A stretch of DNA of 64,000 nucleotides from Ranitomeya imitator (taxonomy: Eukaryota): NCBI RefSeq assembly GCF_032444005.1, contig NC_091290.1, positions 132,184,001-132,248,000 of the forward strand. Direction: 5' to 3'. Below the pieces are notes generated by a model that was given only the letters and a program-made list of their open reading frames with translations, ran no database searches and was not told the DNA's origin. Both the position numbers and the translations under genes were made by a program. Below are positions 62,820 through 64,000 of this stretch, in pieces. Each line of letters starts with the position of its first letter. Position 1 is the stretch's first letter.

Positions 62820-63275
62820 TAATGGGGTCTGCACAGTCCACATAGATATAACAGATAATACATAGATGATGGACAGATAGATGATAGATATATAATAGAT
62901 AACAGATAATACATAGATCATAGATAGATATTAGTTAGATACCTAATAGATACATAGAAAATAGAGACATAGATAGATAATAGAAGATGATTGATAGATA
63001 AATAATAGATAATAGATATATAATAGATGACAGATAGATAATAGAAAGATACATAGATAATAGATATATAATACATAGATGATAGATAATATATATAGAT
63101 AGATAATAGATATATAATACATAGATGATAGATAATATATAGATAGCTAATTGATAGATAATACATACATAATAGATATATAATAGATGATAGATAATAG
63201 AAAGGTAGACAATATATATATATAATACATAGATGATAGATAATATCTAAATAGATGATAATAGATAGATGGATC
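62820..63275. repeat. Degenerate (GATA/TAGA)n satellite
   Basis: Dense atagat/agataa/agatag repeats. Confidence 0.92.
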
Positions 63276-63309
63276 TATAGATCGGTCCATGTTGCTTCGG
63301 GTCACTCAC

Positions 63310-63780
63310 CTTTCCCAGGATCAGACCGGAGGTTACAGCTCGCCAGGCACACTGATGGGTCCAGGCAGAGGGGGCTGCACCATGTCACATCCTGGGCTCC
63401 CCCATCCCAGCCTAGAGGTGCCTGTTACAGGCAATGTCCCCAGTGTCTCCTTGCACAATATGCAGAGCTGCTCCTGCAGTTGGTGGCTATCCCCTTCCTT
63501 CCTGGCCACTTTGCAATCTTTGTTGCTTTCTTTGTTGTTGTTGTTGTTTAGATGCCTGAGTGTCAGTGTTGCCCCCTGCAGTCCCAGGTCAGGGTGTCCA
63601 GCATGTCCCGTTGGTTTTCCAGTGCCGGTGCCCGGGTGATGCCTCCTCCTTGCTTGGCTCTCAGCCTCACACTGCCGCTGCTCCGCGGCTTCTCAGCTGA
63701 GAGATGCCCAGGCTGCAGTACCCAGAACGGCCTGCAGAGGGAGCCGAGCTCCTGTCTCTGCTCTGTTAACCCTGTCCTGC
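63310..63780 (-). other. Candidate distal non-coding first exon/promoter of CBFA2T3
   Basis: Strong donor AAAG|gtgagt at 63310/63309 preceded by unique GC-rich sequence; no in-frame ATG. Confidence 0.3.
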
Positions 63781-64000
63781 CCTGTAGACAGCAGACAGAG
63801 CCTTTTCTTTAGAGGGGAGGTTGGTCCCAGGTCAGGTTTGTCTGTTTGGGTGCAGCAATTGCTTAGTTGTCCATATATATTTCAGAACATGAAAGCAACA
63901 TGTCATGATATCCATCATCCTGCACAGCAAACCTAGAGACTATAGATAGCCCTGCTCCGCTAAAATGTGGCAGCTGCTCAGGCTTTAAAGGTTGCACATA

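Overview
Vertebrate nuclear DNA, inferred to be an anuran amphibian from its repeat families and gene content. No prokaryotic features, rRNA, tRNA or CRISPR were seen. Three spliced genes could be built exon by exon, in the order known from human 16q24. TRAPPC2L lies on + (5 coding exons, 8214-10170, 139 aa; intron 2 is a U12-type minor intron). PABPN1L/ePABP2 lies on - (7 coding exons, 22429-15425, ~202 aa). CBFA2T3/MTG16/ETO2 lies on - (10 coding exons from the MPDSP start, 44400-33627, 552 aa, plus candidate first exons at 45.1 kb and 63.3 kb). GALNS is head-to-head with TRAPPC2L in human, but I could not find it in the 8 kb upstream. That space holds a motif-rich promoter, a 2.3-kb G-rich minisatellite and possible exons of an unidentified divergent transcript. 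Introns and intergenic DNA carry L2 LINEs, a Tc1 relic, a complete non-autonomous Helitron, a solo LTR, hAT/PIF/piggyBac/TTAA (T2/Kolobok-like) MITEs, several minisatellites and a 449-N gap. Most long ORFs in the supplied track are artefacts of repeats whose unit length is a multiple of 3. I see no clear new biological system. The best leads are the divergent locus at the TRAPPC2L promoter, a candidate PABPN1L micro-intron plus cassette exon, and a TE-borne CTCF cluster between PABPN1L and CBFA2T3.
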